A stretch of 64,000 nucleotides of DNA from Verrucomicrobiota bacterium (GCA_047947115.1 CP170459.1:4704001-4768000), one strand, 5' to 3'. Numbered from the stretch's first letter, positions 22,170-32,380 are shown. A program made the numbers and translations. Notes: generated by a model from the letters alone, not told the origin.

Positions 22170-23443
22170 GATGTGATGGATTCTAGTGTTGAATTTAAAA
22201 TGGATAAGGCCTCCTCGACTTCGGCGGCGCCGATATTGAGCGCCGGCAAGAATCGTACGACCTGGGTTCCGGATGGAATCGTCAGCATGCCCTTTGCATG
22301 GAGACGTTCCACGATCTGAAGAGATACCGGTCTAGTCTTATTCCCCAAATCTGCAATTTCAGGATGAAAGACGACGCCGATCATCAGTCCCATGCCCCGG
22401 ATCTCCTTGATATAATCAGGGAACTTGGCCGCCAGCACCTGCAGTCCTTTGCTCAACATCGCTCCCATGCGGGCGGCGTTTTGATCGAGATGGTCGCGTT
22501 GGATCACTTCCAAAATCTTCAAAGCCACTGAACATGCCAGCGGGGATCCCCCAAAAGTGGTTCCGTGGGACCCGGGTCCCAGTAGATCCTGATAAGGTTC
22601 CCTCACCCAGAAAGCCCCCATGGGAAAGCCGCCGCCTATGGATTTTGCAAGCGATATGGCATCGGGCAAAAACGAAGCCCCGTCCGGGTGATCTTTCAAG
22701 ATGGAATCATAACTCTGGAAGTTTCCGGTTCGGTAATGCCCGCATTGAATGCCGTCCCAAAGAAGCAGCAGACGGTGTCGGTCACAAAGCTCCCGCAACC
22801 CCATGAGGTATTCCGGTGAAGCGGGCTGGATGCCTCCTTCTCCTTGAACACCTTCGATCATGATGGCGACGGTTGCCGGACTGATCGCGGATTTCATGGC
22901 CTCCAAATCATTGAACGGAACATGTCGAAATCCCGGCATGATCGGTTCAAACCCCTGTTTGACTTTTTCCTGGCCGGTGGCGGCTATTCCGGCCATCGTC
23001 CTTCCGTGAAAAGATTGAAGGCAGGTCAGGGTTTCAAACCGCCCTTCTTCACTCCCGAACTTTCTCGCCAGTTTGAACAGCCCTTCATTCGCCTCTGCGC
23101 CGCTGTTGGCAAAAAAGCATTTACCCGAACCGATGCGATCAACGATCTGTTTTGCCAATTCACCCTGACCCTGATGGTAATAGAGGTTACAGCAATGCAT
23201 CAACCTGGCGGATTGTTGCGACAAGGTTTTGACCAGTTCTGGATGTGCGTGGCCCAGCACGTTGACGGCAATCCCACCTCCCATGTCCAGATAACGGCGC
23301 CCTTCAACATCCCAAACATGATTCCCCTCACCACGTTCAAGCGTCAAAGGAAAGCGGCCGTAGGTCGGCACCACATGATGTTCGAATAGGGACCGAATCG
23401 CCTCGGATGGAGACGAAGAAGATGGAGCTTCACTTGATGTCAT
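22166..23443 (-). CDS. argD: Acetylornithine aminotransferase
   Basis: NSGAEANE, SFHGRT, EGVQGEGG, SLAKSIGGG, HGTTFGG; arg operon context. Confidence 0.93.
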   Translation of the reverse strand: MTSSEAPSSSSPSEAIRSLFEHHVVPTYGRFPLTLERGEGNHVWDVEGRRYLDMGGGIAVNVLGHAHPELVKTLSQQSARLMHCCNLYYHQGQGELAKQIVDRIGSGKCFFANSGAEANEGLFKLARKFGSEEGRFETLTCLQSFHGRTMAGIAATGQEKVKQGFEPIMPGFRHVPFNDLEAMKSAISPATVAIMIEGVQGEGGIQPASPEYLMGLRELCDRHRLLLLWDGIQCGHYRTGNFQSYDSILKDHPDGASFLPDAISLAKSIGGGFPMGAFWVREPYQDLLGPGSHGTTFGGSPLACSVALKILEVIQRDHLDQNAARMGAMLSKGLQVLAAKFPDYIKEIRGMGLMIGVVFHPEIADLGNKTRPVSLQIVERLHAKGMLTIPSGTQVVRFLPALNIGAAEVEEALSILNSTLESITS

Positions 23444-23493
23444 CGTTTCGTATGTTGTTATTATCAGTTCAGTAGGCGGAATCAACCACGGGG

Positions 23494-24369
23494 CTATAGA
23501 ACGATTTCAGTACCCACACCCTTGTCGGTAAAAATCTCCAGCAACACCGCATGATTCACTCGTCCGTCCACAAAAGACACCTTGTCGACCCCCGCTTCAA
23601 TGGCGGCGGTCGCGCTGTCCACTTTGGGAATCATACCGGCGGCAATGATACCTCTTCGTTTCAAATCAGTGACATCTTGAACGCGCAGGTGTGAAATAAC
23701 CGACTCCGGATCTTCCGGATTCTGGAGCAACCCGGGCACATCGCTCATAAAGACCAGTCGTTTTGCGGTGAGCGCCTTGGCTGTCATTGCGGCCGCCACA
23801 TCGGCGTTGCAGTTGTACAATCGGCCGTCTTCTCCTGTGGCAGTCGGGCTGATGACGGGCGTGATGCCCTTCGCAATGCACTCGAGCAGGGGGCCGATAT
23901 TCACATCCACCACTTCCCCCACAAATCCAATATCTATCATCTCCCCGTCCTCCCCGGGAACGGCTTTGCGCCGACAAGTAAAAATGTCCTTTCCGGCAAA
24001 GCCCTTCGCTGCGCCACCCAGCTCATTAATGGTGGCCACGATTTCGGGATTAATCTGATTGGACAACACTTCATTCACCAGCTCGACCGCTTTTTCGTCG
24101 GTCACCCGGTGTCCATGCTTGAACTCCGGAGAAAGTCCAGCTTCCTTCATCGCACGTGATATGGCCTTGCCACCTCCATGCACCACAACAGGGTTGATTT
24201 CCACGGCTTCCAAAAAGACCACATCCCGTGCCACCCCCTGCCGTATGGCCGGGTCGGGAGAATCCATGAAGCTTCCTCCATATTTCACCACGAAGGTGGC
24301 GCCATTAAACTTTTGAATGTAAGGCAGTGCCTCAAGCAACACCGCCGCCTTGGTGATCAATTGTTCCAT
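23494..24369 (-). CDS. argB: Acetylglutamate kinase
   Basis: EALPYI, VVKYGG, VHGGG, NCNAD, GMIPKV. Confidence 0.97.
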   Translation of the reverse strand: MEQLITKAAVLLEALPYIQKFNGATFVVKYGGSFMDSPDPAIRQGVARDVVFLEAVEINPVVVHGGGKAISRAMKEAGLSPEFKHGHRVTDEKAVELVNEVLSNQINPEIVATINELGGAAKGFAGKDIFTCRRKAVPGEDGEMIDIGFVGEVVDVNIGPLLECIAKGITPVISPTATGEDGRLYNCNADVAAAMTAKALTAKRLVFMSDVPGLLQNPEDPESVISHLRVQDVTDLKRRGIIAAGMIPKVDSATAAIEAGVDKVSFVDGRVNHAVLLEIFTDKGVGTEIVL

Positions 24370-24377
24370 GATTCGTT

Positions 24378-25714
24378 CTAACCTCCCAGAGATGCGGGAT
24401 CGGTGACATCTCCCTTGTTAAATTCGACATATTCCTCGGTCAGATCACTTGCATACATCAACGCCTCGCCCTTTCCGAGGTTGAGATGGATATGCAGATC
24501 AAACTCAGGATCCGCAACCGCCTTGCAAAGCACTTCGAAAGTTGCCCGTGTGGGCTTGCCGGATTTCAGCGAGAACAGGATGTTTTTTCCGCCGGGAGAG
24601 CTATATCCCACATCCACTTTCTCTTCTACAACGGTGGCTTCCGAGTATCCCAGTGCATCGATGATCCTTCCCCAGTTCGGATCCCCCCCAACCAGCTGGT
24701 CTTGACCAATGAACTGTTGGCCACGGCCCGGGCCGCTGCATCGGCTTCCTTGTCGTTCCTGGCCCCGCTCACCCGAATCGTAACAAACCGGGTGACTCCC
24801 TCCCCATCCTTGACCAACATCTTGGCCAAAGAAAAGCACACTTTGTTCAAGGCTTCCTGGAACAACGCCAGGTCGGCTTTGGAGTCCGTGTCCCGAGCAG
24901 TATGTTTCAAGGACTTGTTGCCCGCCAGTCCGTTTGCCAGCAGAATCACGGTGTCATTGGTGCTCATGTCACCGTCGACCGTGATACGATTAAACGTGCT
25001 TGCAACAGCCTCGGTCAGGCATCGTTGCAGCGTCGGTTTGGCAATGGCGGCATCGGTGGTGATGAATGAAAGCATGGTGGCATGCAGAGGCATGCTGTAG
25101 GGACGCTTTCCGGTCGGGCTCATACCGGGATGGATCATCCCAGCCCCTTTGGCCACACCTCCGATGCGAATCTTCCTGCCACCCAATTCAAGTTCCACCG
25201 CCACCTGCTTGGGGTGCGTGTCACTGGTCATGATGGCTTCCGCAATGTGGTCCCCGGCCTCTTCGGTGGCATTCAAGCCAGCACAGACGGTTTGGATGCC
25301 GCTTTGCACATTCGGCATGGGCAATGGCAATCCAATGCGTCCGGTGGAGGCGACCATCACTTCGGCAGGCTGTATTTTGAGCCATTTGGCGGTCTGTTTG
25401 CACATGGTCTCGGCATCCTTGCGCCCCTGGAGTCCGGTGCAGGCATTGGCATTGCCGGAATTCACCACAATCGCCCTGCAGGTGGGATGTTTCAGATGTG
25501 CCACACACACTTTGACCGGCGCGGCACAAATCTGATTCGTCGTGAACATGCCTGCCGCGACACATGGGGATTCGGAATAAATCACCGCCAGATCACGCTT
25601 CTTGCCTTTGTTGGATCCTTTACCGGTCCCCAACCGTTTCACGTCACAAAAGATACCTTCCCCCGAAAAACCCTGGGGAGACGTCACTGATCCTGAAATA
25701 AATGAAATACTCAT
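24378..25714 (-). CDS. argJ: Bifunctional ornithine acetyltransferase ArgJ, apparent -1 frameshift at C7 tract 24683-24689
   Basis: NSGNANACTG, IMTSDT, KGAGMIHP, ATML, DMSTND, DGEG, then GDPNWGRII and SDLTEEYV in another frame. One extra G restores KTSWLGGDPNWGR. Confidence 0.93.
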
Positions 25715-25790
25715 AGCTTTGAAAAACAAAGGTGGAAGCAACGGGAGAGAATGATGGAAATAAAAAAAGAGAATCCGTCGCTCTAAAGTC

Positions 25791-25850
25791 TTATCGAAGA
25801 CGTTTGGAACGACTGTAACGGCGTAATCTCTTTTTAGTTCGGAAAATCAT
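25791..25850 (-). CDS. Putative Arg-rich leader peptide of argJBDF (MIFRTKKRLRRYSRSKRLR)
   Basis: 19 codons, 7 of them Arg. Stop is 76 nt upstream of the argJ ATG. Preceded by TTGACA; coding region is complementary to downstream sequence. Confidence 0.65.
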   Translation of the reverse strand: MIFRTKKRLRRYSRSKRLR

Positions 25851-25882
25851 CAAGCGGGAAGGAAGCGACAAAACAAGCGAGA

Positions 25883-25888
25883 TGTCAA
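25883..25888 (-). promoter_or_regulatory. Perfect -35 hexamer TTGACA upstream of the arg leader
   Basis: Lies 32 nt before the leader ATG, which would place the TSS close to the start codon. No good canonical -10 is visible. Confidence 0.45.
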
Positions 25889-26100
25889 CTGGATAATCCA
25901 ATTTTTTCGATCCCTGTTCCTCAAGCATCTCCTGGAGATGAAAAGGAACGGAAGCTTGCCTGACGTTTACACCCGCATGAGACCGCTTTACTTGGAGAAG
26001 ATGGTGGTGATCTTGATCCCGAACCGCTCCGCAAAAGCAAAGAAGACAAGCAATAAAAACGGCAGGATCAGGATGACAAATTTGCTGACGGTTTGCCGGT

Positions 26101-26496
26101 TCATGAAGCAGGCTCCTCCCAATCGAGCGCATATTTTTTCAACTCATCCAAATCCACAAACTCCAGAGCGGAAACATGCGTGGCCTTAAGGAGGATGGGT
26201 GGAGGGCAACCTGCCTTCAAAGCTTCAATCCATCGTTGCAAACACACACACCAGCGATCCCCGGCCACCAAACCCGGAAACTGATAGTGAGGCTGGGGAG
26301 TGATGAGATCGTTGCCCCTTTCTTTCCCAAAACGCAGAAAATCGTCTGTCATTTCCACACAAATCACATGCAACCCATAATCCCCGGGGCCCGTGTGACA
26401 TTTCCCATTGCGGTAATACCCCGTCACAGGATCCATGCAACACGATTCCAAAGGGGTTCCCAATACATTACTTGCTGACTCGGTCTTTTCACTCAT
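26101..26496 (-). CDS. DUF2237 family protein
   Basis: NVLGTPLESCC.DP.TG.YRNG.C, H.IC, GNDL.TP, GDRWC.C..RW signature. Confidence 0.92.
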   Translation of the reverse strand: MSEKTESASNVLGTPLESCCMDPVTGYYRNGKCHTGPGDYGLHVICVEMTDDFLRFGKERGNDLITPQPHYQFPGLVAGDRWCVCLQRWIEALKAGCPPPILLKATHVSALEFVDLDELKKYALDWEEPAS

Positions 26497-26719
26497 TGCT
26501 TTGAACTACCAATAAATGGAAATCGCCAGAAAGCAATCCCCTTCGGGCAATTGTTTTATGGTGAAAAACCCAAATGCCATGATCAAGGCTTTCGATCAGC
26601 CCGCGGAAGGAATGAACGATGCAAGCACACAAGAAAATGATTGGAATCACGCCGGAAAAGTTGCGTCACAAACCAGAGGGCTGCGTGTCAAGAGGCCCAG
26701 GCGATTACCCTTATCGAAT

Positions 26720-27199
26720 TCACTCTTCCAGAGGTTTGCCGATCCGCACATGCGGCCACAACGCCAGACGATGCTCTTTGATGAAGGCCAACCCGAAGGA
26801 ACCAAGTGTCAAAAGACTGTTCTGCACCAGTTTGTAACAGACCACCACCTCTCCGGTGCCGCATCCGCAGTCAAACTGGATGTCACAGAAGGCAATGTCC
26901 CCTGCAGCATGAACCTGCACGGCACGCCACAAAATCATCCCGGTAAATGCAAGCAGCAATCCTCCGACCGTTGCGGCCGCGGTCCTGACTCCAACACCAA
27001 GCACCAACAGCAATCCGCACCAGACCTCAAACCATGGCAACCAGCCGGCCACAACATTCATTTGCCAATACTCTGTCAATACACCGAATTCACGGATGGA
27101 CTTTAGAAACGCAACCGGATCCTGGGTCTTGGTCCAGCCGAGGTAAACAAACATCCCCCCAATCAGGACGCGGATCAATGTCACAACGATGTTCTTCAT
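26720..27199 (-). CDS. MauE/DoxX family redox membrane protein
   Basis: R.LIGG.F...G..K..DP..F, LPWFE, DCGCG. Confidence 0.88.
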   Translation of the reverse strand: MKNIVVTLIRVLIGGMFVYLGWTKTQDPVAFLKSIREFGVLTEYWQMNVVAGWLPWFEVWCGLLLVLGVGVRTAAATVGGLLLAFTGMILWRAVQVHAAGDIAFCDIQFDCGCGTGEVVVCYKLVQNSLLTLGSFGLAFIKEHRLALWPHVRIGKPLEE

Positions 27200-27855
27200 G
27201 GCTGCCCATCCTCTGGTTCGGGAGATACCTGCAGCAAGGTCCGCAGTTCATCAAAGTCGTCAAAACGATCCCCAAGTGCCACAGGATGCCCTCCCTCGTT
27301 CCAACCCCGCATGCCTGCAGCATAGATGAACAGTTTTTCCTGAGGCACACCCAGTTGAACCAAATCAGTCGCGGCAAATTCACTATCCTCGCAATGCCCT
27401 CCATTGCAGTAAACCACCACCTGTTCAGCGATCTGACACATGGGAAGCACCAAGTCGACGTATTGATCCATCTGATAGTGATCAAACAGATAAGCACCAG
27501 GAATGTGACGCTCCTGAAACAGGGTTTCATTCCGGGCATCCACCAGAACCACCATACCCGCTTCCAAACGGGGGTCTTGCATAAGCGCTAGAACCTCATC
27601 GGTTCCGATCGCCTGAAACCCCTTTTGCTCCAGACGTTGAATGGACTCGGCTACTTCGTTTTCAAAAGTGGGGGCAGTCGAGGCACCACTGGATGATTCC
27701 GCTGAACCAACAGTCCTGCCAGATCCGGCCGGCATGCCGGAGGGAAAGTAGTCCCGTGCCAGGTCCAATCCTTTCGCGGAGTGGTGATTCAACACCACGG
27801 AAAGCGACAATCCCACCCCCAATACGAAGAGCCACTCTGGCCAAGCATTTTTCAT
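27196..27855 (-). CDS. Membrane-anchored rhodanese-domain protein
   Basis: N-terminal TM, VDAR, HIPGA, VVYCNGGHCEDS, GMRGW. Confidence 0.88.
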   Translation of the reverse strand: MKNAWPEWLFVLGVGLSLSVVLNHHSAKGLDLARDYFPSGMPAGSGRTVGSAESSSGASTAPTFENEVAESIQRLEQKGFQAIGTDEVLALMQDPRLEAGMVVLVDARNETLFQERHIPGAYLFDHYQMDQYVDLVLPMCQIAEQVVVYCNGGHCEDSEFAATDLVQLGVPQEKLFIYAAGMRGWNEGGHPVALGDRFDDFDELRTLLQVSPEPEDGQP

Positions 27856-27911
27856 GAACCCTTTGATTTGCCCAAGCCAAACTCCAGCCTGACGAGGCGA
27901 ATGCCGTGGTT

Positions 27912-28982
27912 TTACTGGGTCAATTTACGGTAGGAACCGATCGGCACCTCAAAATCCTTGAACTGCTCATTGCTGGTTTTCAATGTCAATTTGGCATCTT
28001 CCAGTTCATCCACGTTCAGTCCTTCGGGAAAGGTCAGGACCAGCCGGTGATGTTTCCCGTTGTTGAGTTGACTGGATTCCACCTTGACACCTTCCACCGA
28101 CACCTTGATGTCGGAAACTTCAAGAGGAGTGTCCTCGTAGGTCAACACGGTGACAAACTTCTTCATCTCCTTGGCGAGCACCCCGTTCGGCATCATGATG
28201 CGGTTGGGCACTATCTGAACCGGAGCCATCACGTAGGCCGAGGCGGCAAAGGAATTGGATTTTGCTTCAGGTATATTCGTTTCAAACAACACGGTGGCCC
28301 GATTGGATCCATACACGAGAGGCGGGACGGTGGTCACTTCAATTTCGTATTCCTTACCCTCTTTGAGGGTGTTCAAGGCCACTTTGAACCTGTCCCCACG
28401 TTCAACACGAAGATTGCTGATTTCCATCGGCGTTTCCACATGGCTTTCCACTTTGATTTTGACACTCTTGACTTCGTCCAGCTTTTTCAGCGCAGGAAAG
28501 GCTGCCACCACGGGATTAACGGTCACCGGGGTCCAGACCTGCCCCTTGATCTGAAGGAACGAGTTGGCGCGCTTGGGATCATTGCTGCTGACCGTTACCG
28601 ATTTGGTGATGGGACCTTTGAATCGATCTGTGTTGAGTTTGATGGGGATGATGCCGGATTCGCCGGGCTTCACGGTCTTGGTCCATTCACCGGCTGTGGT
28701 GCAGCCGCAACCCGGACGGACTTCACTGATGGTCAGAACCTGGTTTCCCTTGTTGAAAAATTTAAAGTCGTAGCGGATTTCCTCTCCCTGTTTGGTGGTG
28801 CCAAATTCATACGCAGGAGTCTCGAATTCAATCACAGGAAAAGCCTCAACGCTGTTGTCCTGAGCCCCCAATCGGGTATCCATACCAAACCCGGCCGCCA
28901 AAACGGTGAGAAACAGGATGAGAGACGCATTCAATGATTTCTGTTGTTTTTTCATAATTCCTACTCTCGACATGACATCCAT
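27912..28982 (-). CDS. DUF1573 Ig-like domain secreted protein
   Basis: Signal peptide, YEFG...FKFFNKG...VRPGCGCTT...VKPGESG...SNDP. Confidence 0.85.
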   Translation of the reverse strand: MDVMSRVGIMKKQQKSLNASLILFLTVLAAGFGMDTRLGAQDNSVEAFPVIEFETPAYEFGTTKQGEEIRYDFKFFNKGNQVLTISEVRPGCGCTTAGEWTKTVKPGESGIIPIKLNTDRFKGPITKSVTVSSNDPKRANSFLQIKGQVWTPVTVNPVVAAFPALKKLDEVKSVKIKVESHVETPMEISNLRVERGDRFKVALNTLKEGKEYEIEVTTVPPLVYGSNRATVLFETNIPEAKSNSFAASAYVMAPVQIVPNRIMMPNGVLAKEMKKFVTVLTYEDTPLEVSDIKVSVEGVKVESSQLNNGKHHRLVLTFPEGLNVDELEDAKLTLKTSNEQFKDFEVPIGSYRKLTQ

Positions 28983-29001
28983 ATCTTAAAAAAGGTTACT
29001 A

Positions 29002-29808
29002 TCAATGAGAACCAGCATGTGAAAAGACAGTGGAAATTGCAATCCCCGAATCAATGCGCTTTCGCGCCTTAAGGGCAACATAGGGCGGAATGTGGTGACT
29101 TCGATGAGCAAAAGTCCCGGGCGCGGCATCTTCACGTCCGTGCCATGGCTCCCGGACATCCTCGATCACGAATCCCTTTTGACACAGTCCACCCAACAAT
29201 GCTTCAAGAGGATGCAAGAACTCCAACGCCCCCTGCTCCCGATGCTCGCTTCCCTGCACGGGTGGCAAAGGGCCTTTGTGGTGCCCCTTGGTTTCAACAT
29301 AATATTTGGACATTTCCGGAAACGCACCGCACTGAAGACTAAAAGGTTGTTTATGCTGCACGATATAGATCCCTCCGGGCTTCAATATCCGGTGAACTTC
29401 CCCATACATTGCGCTCAGGTTTTCAACGTAACAACTGCTGACCGGCTGCATGATCAGGTCAAATTCTGATGATTCAAACATGTCCATCCGAGTCATACAG
29501 GCACGGACCCGACGAATCTGAAAACCATGTTTCTCCGCCATCGCCCGATCCTTCTCAAGCATCGATTCGGAAACATCCAACACCGTTACGACCGCCCCGG
29601 CCGCTGCATACAACGGGGCATGCTTTCCTCCTCCTGCAGCAAGACAAAGCACCTTTTTGCCGTGAACCCCCTCAGGCAGCCAGTTGTAGATGTTGATATG
29701 TTTTTGTGGATCATTGAGCACACGGGCTGAGACCGTGGAAGCAAAACCGCTTTTCTGAGCCACCATCCGGTCCCATACTCGTGCGTTATATTCGGAAACT
29801 TCGTTCAT
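29002..29808 (-). CDS. Class I SAM-dependent methyltransferase
   Basis: N.RVWD, VLCLAAGGG, LDVS, FDLI.QPVS..YV, RILKPGG. Confidence 0.9.
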   Translation of the reverse strand: MNEVSEYNARVWDRMVAQKSGFASTVSARVLNDPQKHINIYNWLPEGVHGKKVLCLAAGGGKHAPLYAAAGAVVTVLDVSESMLEKDRAMAEKHGFQIRRVRACMTRMDMFESSEFDLIMQPVSSCYVENLSAMYGEVHRILKPGGIYIVQHKQPFSLQCGAFPEMSKYYVETKGHHKGPLPPVQGSEHREQGALEFLHPLEALLGGLCQKGFVIEDVREPWHGREDAAPGTFAHRSHHIPPYVALKARKRIDSGIAISTVFSHAGSH

Positions 29809-29828
29809 GGATTTAAAAAATGAAATCG

Positions 29829-30827
29829 TCAACCTTGCATCGCTTTCTGAATGTGGTGAAGCCCCATCCGGCAAGCATCATATGGATCGGGAATTTCCCA
29901 CGCATCGATCATGATCCAACCCTCAAACCCTCCCTGCCGTAACATCTCAAGCGAAGCCGGAATATTTGCATGCCCGTCCCCGCAAGCCAAGTGCTTGGAC
30001 GTGCCCCCATCCCGAAGTGTTCCATCCGTATCCGTCAGATGCACATAACCTATCCGCTCCACTCCAATGCGCTTCAACATTTCATGAGGCAGGCCTTGTG
30101 AACCGTTCATCAAGTCAAAATGGCTTGGATCGTAAATGGTTTTCAAATTGGGGTGATCCGTCTGATCCAGAATACGTTCCAAATGCTGTTCAGTGTTAAA
30201 AACAAATGGAGGTTCTATTTCAAACGCAGCCAGAATTCCCAGTTCGCCGGCCATGTCACCTATTTCTCTGAAAGATTCGGACACATGCCGGATCGCCTCA
30301 TCCATGGACTGCCCTCTGAGCCCTCCTCCCGGCCACATCCCGATGCAATCACAACCCATTGCTCTGGCAAACCGCAAGTTCCTGCGCATCTCCTCTTTCC
30401 ATTGCTGACGCGTTTCCTTTTCAGGGGCAAAGGCTCCTCCCGCGCCCGTCTGAACGGAGAACACCCGCAGACCGCTCTCCTTATAAGTTTCCATCATTTC
30501 TTCGACTCTTGCCAGATTCTGGTCAGGATCCCGGTAATCCCCTACCCGCCATCCCTGAACCAATTCCACCCCATCAAATCCCGTTTCCCTAATGAAAGAC
30601 AGCACGTTACGCAAGGAGTGGGTTCGTCCGTATTTACGTTCACCCGACGCAAATCCATTGAGTCCTACGGCGATTTTCCAAGGAAGACGAGGTTCGGCGG
30701 CAAGTGCCGGCATTCCGGTCATCAATCCAAGGCAGGCCATCCTTTCGATAAATGACCGCCGGTTGACCACCACATCCGCGAGAGACGTGAGTTGATGACG
30801 AGGTTGTTCGGACCAGGGAGGATTCAT
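29829..30827 (-). CDS. Tat-exported sugar-phosphate isomerase/epimerase (xylose isomerase-like TIM barrel)
   Basis: NRRSFI twin-Arg signal, GFDGVE, FEIEP, YDPSH, YVHLTD. Confidence 0.85.
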   Translation of the reverse strand: MNPPWSEQPRHQLTSLADVVVNRRSFIERMACLGLMTGMPALAAEPRLPWKIAVGLNGFASGERKYGRTHSLRNVLSFIRETGFDGVELVQGWRVGDYRDPDQNLARVEEMMETYKESGLRVFSVQTGAGGAFAPEKETRQQWKEEMRRNLRFARAMGCDCIGMWPGGGLRGQSMDEAIRHVSESFREIGDMAGELGILAAFEIEPPFVFNTEQHLERILDQTDHPNLKTIYDPSHFDLMNGSQGLPHEMLKRIGVERIGYVHLTDTDGTLRDGGTSKHLACGDGHANIPASLEMLRQGGFEGWIMIDAWEIPDPYDACRMGLHHIQKAMQG

Positions 30828-31007
30828 GGGAGAAGGATGATGTTGAAGACCTCGAACAGGCAATCAAAATGAGGACATCACCCATAAAAACCGGTTTCCA
30901 ACATTTCTTGTTCTCTATTGAACTCAATGCAACAATGCTTGAGGCTTGGCTTGACCGTTCATTGAAAATCGGATTGGATAGCGGGGATCAGCCAATTAAG
31001 TAGGAAT

Positions 31008-32294
31008 ATGAACAAGTTTACTGTCATTTTACTCGGGTGCCTCACAGCAGGATGGACGATGACCGGACTCCGGGCCGACGAACAATCTGCCATCGCACAA
31101 GTCGAATCATACGGTGGCCAGGTTCTGGGCATCGCCAAGGACGTGGAAGGGGTCAGAGTATTGATCCCGCCCAAGACATTTGAAGGCCGGGTGCTCTCTG
31201 ACGCCGATCTTGCGGTGCTCAAGGAGATTCCACATATTGTGGAACTGGACCTCAAGAACGCGGGTATCAGCGACGAGGGAGCTTCCCATTTGAGTGCTTT
31301 GAGCAATCTGGAGCGTCTGCATCTGGAGAAAACCAAGATCACCGACACGGGCCTCGGCCACCTCAAAGGACTTTCCAAATTGGTTTATCTGAATATTTAC
31401 GGCACCGAAGTTTCCGATGCTGGCTTGGAATCCCTGAAAGGATTGACCAACCTCAAAAACCTGTATGTCTGGCAAACCAAGGTCACCGAAGACGCCGCCA
31501 AAGCACTGCAGGCAGCCATGGAAAGCAAGGGCAATGATGCACTGGAAATCAATCTTGGCTGGGAAAAAGAACTCCTGAGCAAAGCCCGTCTCGCCGCTCT
31601 GAAAGCCCAGCGTGAAGCTCTTGAATCGGGCGAAACGGAGGAAACAGTCGAAGTGGCCGTCGTAGATGATCCCGACTTCAAGACCCATATTCTGCCCATC
31701 TTTCAGGAAAGCTGCGTCAGTTGTCACGGCGAAGAGAAGCAAAAAGGCAAACTGCGCCTGGATACTTACGAATGGACCATGAAGGGAACTCCGGACGGTC
31801 CCGTTGTTGCCGCCGGCGACTTGATCGGAAGCGTATTGTTCCAGCTCATCACCCTTCCGGCTGACGACGACGACATCATGCCACCGAAAGACGGTCCGCT
31901 GAGCGAAAACAAAATCGCCCTCATCCGCAACTGGATCTCCAAAGGAGCCAAGGCAGAAGCCGAAGTCAAACCAGCAGAAACCAAAGTGGCAGCCGCTGGC
32001 GGTGATGGAGGTGTCTTTGCTGAATACATTCTTCCCGTTTTGAAGGATCGCTGTGTGGATTGCCACGGCGAAGAGAAGCAAAAAGGCAAACTCCGGCTCG
32101 ACTCTTTGGCTGCGACATTGAAAGGTGCCGGCGACGAGGCAATCGTTGTCAAAGGACAGCCGGACAAAAGCTCTCTTTACACACGCATCGTCCTGCCGGC
32201 CGACCACGACGACCGCATGCCTCCAAAAGGAGACTTGCTGAGCAAAGCCCAGACCGACCTCATTAAACTCTGGATCTTGAGCGGAGCGGAATAA
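31008..32294 (+). CDS. LRR plus tandem Planctomycete-type cytochrome c domains (diheme)
   Basis: LxxLxL repeats, then two CVxCHGEEKQKGKLRLD...MPPK...I..WI..GA domains. Confidence 0.9.
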   Translation: MNKFTVILLGCLTAGWTMTGLRADEQSAIAQVESYGGQVLGIAKDVEGVRVLIPPKTFEGRVLSDADLAVLKEIPHIVELDLKNAGISDEGASHLSALSNLERLHLEKTKITDTGLGHLKGLSKLVYLNIYGTEVSDAGLESLKGLTNLKNLYVWQTKVTEDAAKALQAAMESKGNDALEINLGWEKELLSKARLAALKAQREALESGETEETVEVAVVDDPDFKTHILPIFQESCVSCHGEEKQKGKLRLDTYEWTMKGTPDGPVVAAGDLIGSVLFQLITLPADDDDIMPPKDGPLSENKIALIRNWISKGAKAEAEVKPAETKVAAAGGDGGVFAEYILPVLKDRCVDCHGEEKQKGKLRLDSLAATLKGAGDEAIVVKGQPDKSSLYTRIVLPADHDDRMPPKGDLLSKAQTDLIKLWILSGAE

Positions 32295-32323
32295 GAAATT
32301 GTTCACGAAATAGTATTTGAATC

Positions 32324-32356
32324 AAACGCCTCCAATGTTCCTTGGAGGCGTTTTTT
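32324..32356 (+). terminator. Intrinsic terminator
   Basis: AAACGCCTCCAA-TGTTCC-TTGGAGGCGTTT followed by T run. Confidence 0.88.
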
Positions 32357-32380
32357 ATGAATCATTAAACATTGCAAACA

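Noticed and set aside
25791..26132. 113-aa minus-strand ORF containing the Arg-rich tail
   Set aside because: Overlaps DUF2237 and spans the TTGACA promoter; only the last 19 codons look purposeful.
31107..32306. 399-aa minus-strand ORF, and similarly 27906-28937 on the plus strand
   Set aside because: Antisense shadows of well-supported genes; no motifs.
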